Shown piece after piece: positions 17,489 to 20,000 of a stretch of 20,000 nucleotides of DNA (its first letter is position 1; each line of letters opens with the position of its first letter). The stretch is taken from IMG/VR virus record IMGVR_UViG_3300027659_000028; one strand, given 5' to 3'. Below the pieces are notes generated by a model, which saw only the letters and a list, made by a program, of their open reading frames with translations, was not told where the DNA came from and searched no databases. Origin of the DNA: an uncultured virus (IMG/VR IMGVR_UViG_3300027659_000028) (lineage: Duplodnaviria > Heunggongvirae > Uroviricota > Caudoviricetes). Position numbers and translations under genes: made by a program.

Positions 17489-17522
17489 GGCTTTAGTTAC
17501 ATTGAAAGTAAGGAGAAGTCAA

Positions 17523-18110
17523 TCAGTTGATCGGACCTTCGATGAGAATAAAAGAGAACCTCTTTAGCCCGGCTAAATGAAGTGTCTCGTTGAGGGTGCG
17601 GCGAAAATCACCCCATTGTTCGGGAGGTAGGGTGCAGCAGCCTTCAGAGGAGGTGCCGTTAACCCCGCCCAGATGAAGGTTGATCCCGAACTCTCCAGAC
17701 TCAGTCATGGCAACCGTGCCGTCTTTTTTGATGCGCTCGACGGTGACTAGATCAGGCCCCTGTCCAAACGCCTGATACCTGCCCCGGTGAATGAGTGGCT
17801 TGAACCACCAGCAGCCGGGTTTGAGGCGAGCCATGAATTTGCCCGCGCCCGCGTTCCACCCGTATCTGGAAGGGTCGGTGTTGCCGTTCCAAGCGGTTAT
17901 GGCTTGTGGCGTCACGATGAAAAACGCGTCGTCGTAGGCGGAGAGGTCGTTGCCAGCCTCGCCGATGGTCTCGGCATAGTAGCCCCTCACCGCCAGAACA
18001 AACCGCTCCGGCGGTGGGGATGTGCCGTGCTTGGAGGCCCACGCTTCGGTGGCCTTGGCGACAACAAGATCGCGGCTGGCCTTCGGTTTGCTTTTGGGAA
18101 TGGGGATCAT
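17523..18110 (-). CDS. Putative endolysin with L,D-transpeptidase (YkuD-like) catalytic motif
   Basis: GINLHLGG...TSSEGCCTL contains the His...S-x-G-Cys signature; directly downstream of holin and lipoprotein genes. Confidence 0.75.
   Translation of the reverse strand: MIPIPKSKPKASRDLVVAKATEAWASKHGTSPPPERFVLAVRGYYAETIGEAGNDLSAYDDAFFIVTPQAITAWNGNTDPSRYGWNAGAGKFMARLKPGCWWFKPLIHRGRYQAFGQGPDLVTVERIKKDGTVAMTESGEFGINLHLGGVNGTSSEGCCTLPPEQWGDFRRTLNETLHLAGLKRFSFILIEGPIN
17563..17577. repeat. 15-bp palindromic motif copy 6 (TTTAGCCCGGCTAAA)
   Basis: Perfect copy near the 3' end of the endolysin gene (L-A-G-L-K), about 75 nt upstream of the ATG at 17488. Confidence 0.92.
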
Positions 18111-18114
18111 GGCG

Positions 18115-18228
18115 TCAGCATTTCACGAACAGATAGGCCATCCAAAAGGCCGCAAGAAACAACATGGCGATGAGCCCCGGCCACCACGGTGGGGTGTTCG
18201 CAGGCTCCATGTCGTAGTTCGAGGACAT
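18115..18228 (-). CDS. 37-aa single-TM peptide MSSNYDMEPANTPPWWPGLIAMLFLAAFWMAYLFVKC (lysis accessory?)
   Basis: Not in the ORF track. ATG overlaps the upstream TAA (TAATG); ends 4 nt before the endolysin ATG; one strongly hydrophobic helix. Confidence 0.7.
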   Translation of the reverse strand: MSSNYDMEPANTPPWWPGLIAMLFLAAFWMAYLFVKC

Positions 18229-18365
18229 TACTTCTCGGCGAGGATTTCGATCACCCGCATGGCGGACGGTGCATCAACGCTAACGTCCTTACTGCCATCC
18301 GGATTGACCCGGACGGAGCATGAGGCAAGACAGACAATGGCAACAAGTGTGGCGATGGTTTTCAT
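18228..18365 (-). CDS. 45-aa lipoprotein (spanin-like)
   Basis: MKTIATLVAIVCLAS-C signal peptide with lipobox LASC. Likely start 18365 overlaps the holin stop (ATGA). Confidence 0.75.
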   Translation of the reverse strand: MKTIATLVAIVCLASCSVRVNPDGSKDVSVDAPSAMRVIEILAEK

Positions 18366-18526
18366 GGCTCTTGGGTTGGGGCTGCGTCTTTGGCAAGGTA
18401 GCCCAAAACGGCGAGGGTGACAGGTAAAACCCAAGTCTTCCAGTCGTCGATGGAGTGTCCCTGTTGGACGATTCCTTGGATGGCGGCGGCGGCTGCGCAG
18501 AGCAGTCCGATCAGTGTTGTTTTCAT
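18362..18526 (-). CDS. 54-aa putative holin MKTTLIGLLCAAAAAIQGIVQQGHSIDDWKTWVLPVTLAVLGYLAKDAAPTQEP
   Basis: Not in the ORF track. Two hydrophobic segments with a KTT..G ... LG.LAKD pattern typical of small phage holin-like proteins; fills the gap exactly. Confidence 0.75.
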   Translation of the reverse strand: MKTTLIGLLCAAAAAIQGIVQQGHSIDDWKTWVLPVTLAVLGYLAKDAAPTQEP

Positions 18527-18532
18527 AACGGT

Positions 18533-18805
18533 TTATTTCCAGAACTTCGAGATGAGGTATAGAACGAACACTCCGAGAGCGTTGAGCAGGACCGCTGCAC
18601 CAATGATCTTGTGCTTGTCCGCTTCCAGCTCGCTGACCCGTTTATTCACGGCCTCAAGCTGGTGAATCCGAACATACTCAAGCCGCATCTCCGTGATCTG
18701 GGACAGCAACAAATCCACCTTGGCTTCGGTGCTTTTGATGGATGCGCCGACAGAGAGACGCCATTCGCGCTGGAGCTCAGAAACTTCGGAGTGGGGTTCG
18801 GACAT
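18533..18805 (-). CDS. 90-aa coiled-coil protein with C-terminal TM helix (lysis-cassette membrane protein)
   Basis: Heptad-like N-terminus, then IIGAAVLLNALGVFVLYLISKFWK. Confidence 0.75.
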   Translation of the reverse strand: MSEPHSEVSELQREWRLSVGASIKSTEAKVDLLLSQITEMRLEYVRIHQLEAVNKRVSELEADKHKIIGAAVLLNALGVFVLYLISKFWK

Positions 18806-18825
18806 GGGATTGGGGGGTGAAAGTG

Positions 18826-19191
18826 TTACGGCTCAGGCTCAGGCTCAGGCTCTGGCGGCGCGATGAAGACGAACGCGGCTCCGTTGAAAACGATGTCAGT
18901 GCGACCAGCCGTTACAGGGGCGCGGGTGGCGAATCTCGGCACAGCCAGCGCATCGAGGCTGGCGTTGACTTGCAGGCCCAATGCCGTGTTCGCGGCGAAG
19001 GTGGCGAGCGTAGCAGGAATGTCGGCGTTCAGCACGGCAAGCAGGCGGTCAGTTGGGAGGCTCCAGAACTGCGCGTTGGTTGTTGCGAGCGTCGAAGCTA
19101 GATGGTGGGTAGCTTCTCCAGCTTGCAGGACGAGTTGCTCTTTGGCCTGTAAGTCGGCTTCGGCGGTGGTGAGTTGGCGGATGATGGACAT
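18826..19191 (-). CDS. 121-aa protein following the tail fibre (possible fibre chaperone), with Pro-Glu tail
   Basis: ORF starts 4 nt after the fibre stop; C-terminal PPEPEPEPEP is encoded by (GGCTCA)n at 18830-18852. Confidence 0.7.
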   Translation of the reverse strand: MSIIRQLTTAEADLQAKEQLVLQAGEATHHLASTLATTNAQFWSLPTDRLLAVLNADIPATLATFAANTALGLQVNASLDALAVPRFATRAPVTAGRTDIVFNGAAFVFIAPPEPEPEPEP

Positions 19192-19195
19192 GGTG

Positions 19196-20000
19196 TTAAA
19201 TTTTCACTTCAAGGCTGAATGATAGCAGGACGAAAAATAAAGTGACAGAGTCCACGCATTGGACGTTGGCCTGCACGCCCCGTGCGCCGGTTTGGGTTCC
19301 AGTCGGACCTGTTAAAGATCCCAGAAGTGTTCCGTTGACGTAAAAAGCAACGGTCCCCGATCCGTTGGAATCTGCGACACAATCCGCCAGAGTTTGATTA
19401 AGCCCGAAATCCACAAATTCGGTCGTGATCCGTGCGGTGGTTCCGTCGTGGGTGTGGCCGTACACTTTGTTGCCGATGACTACAAAGCCGATGCCTTTCG
19501 TGGTTAATCTACCAGTCGTGTAGATTATTGAAACGGGCCAGAGGTATCGCGCTTCACCCGTCACGGAAGCCGTGTTTGGGGAAAGAATCGAAGCTCTAAA
19601 AATCGTGCGACGGTCAAAATCGGCAATGGTAATCGACCCAGCTGGGTTCATCGCCATGTAGGTTCCGTAACGATACCCGTTATAGTTTCCGTTAGTCGCG
19701 GAGGATTGCCCTGCGCTGTACCCCAAGGTTGCGGATTCGCTGCTTCCTCCTGATTTCACGTTCGTCGCGCCAGTGAAATTCGTGCAATGGAATGACATCC
19801 ATCCGCGTTTTGCATTTTCGGAATCCGCCTGCGTGATGAGGCTCGTCGGTGCTGGCGTCCCCGTGCCGCTCGATGTCGGGCGGGTGGTGGAGTCGAAGAT
19901 CTGCGCCCCGCTGAACGTCTGCGTTCCGGTGGACGGGTTGATCAGCGCGACCGTGCCGGAGGCGTCGGGCAGGGTGTAGGTGCGGTCTGCGGTAAGGGTA
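19196..20000 (-). CDS. Tail fibre / receptor-binding protein, C-terminal part (5' end outside window)
   Basis: Frame stays open upstream of the track's Met at 19798 to the window edge: TLTADRTYTLPDASGTVALINPSTGTQTFSGAQIF..., fibre-shaft-type motifs. C-terminal beta-sandwich-like domain (VAFYVNGTLLGS). Confidence 0.8.
   Translation of the reverse strand, partial: TLTADRTYTLPDASGTVALINPSTGTQTFSGAQIFDSTTRPTSSGTGTPAPTSLITQADSENAKRGWMSFHCTNFTGATNVKSGGSSESATLGYSAGQSSATNGNYNGYRYGTYMAMNPAGSITIADFDRRTIFRASILSPNTASVTGEARYLWPVSIIYTTGRLTTKGIGFVVIGNKVYGHTHDGTTARITTEFVDFGLNQTLADCVADSNGSGTVAFYVNGTLLGSLTGPTGTQTGARGVQANVQCVDSVTLFFVLLSFSLEVKI

Noticed and set aside
9991..17530. Long antisense and off-frame ORFs over structural genes (9991-10647, 13386-14069, 14512-15213, 16530-17222, 16646-17530)
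   Set aside because: Explained by codon bias of the real genes; no independent protein-like features.
866..17577. Palindromes as CRISPR repeats, terminators or IS ends
   Set aside because: Irregular kilobase spacing, only 15 bp, no room for a stable stem-loop with a U-tract, and no cas or transposase genes.
18366..18434. 68-aa version of the lipoprotein ORF
   Set aside because: The extension overlaps the holin gene; the ATG at 18365 gives a canonical signal peptide and ATGA coupling.
18830..18852. (GGCTCA)n microsatellite as a phase-variation tract
   Set aside because: In-frame hexamer encoding a terminal Pro-Glu tail; length change would not shift the frame.
19196..20000. Diversity-generating retroelement target in the fibre tip
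   Set aside because: No template/variable repeat pair or reverse transcriptase is visible in this window.

Overview
Late (structural/lysis) region of a tailed dsDNA bacteriophage or prophage. The podovirus-like organisation is inferred from gene order and composition, and every credible gene is on the minus strand. In transcription order (right to left): tail fibre (runs off the right edge); small fibre-associated gene; lysis cassette (coiled-coil/TM protein, small holin, lipoprotein, TM peptide, YkuD/L,D-transpeptidase-like endolysin); 1152-aa beta-repeat protein; two putative tail proteins; a 199-aa gene with its own promoter and terminator; a probable adaptor; two probable internal virion proteins; and a giant ORF of at least 2317 aa (6951 to <1) that the ORF track misses because it has no stop in the window. 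Most notable: (i) a 15-bp palindrome TTTAGYC-N-GGCTAAA occurs six times plus one degenerate copy, inside genes in different codon phases and directly in front of two start codons; (ii) two small +1-frame ORFs look overprinted in linker regions of the giant gene, one a 24-aa basic peptide MKTKAKPMPKGKPMPMSKPKGKGC. Product calls come from motif recognition and context only; no database searches were run.
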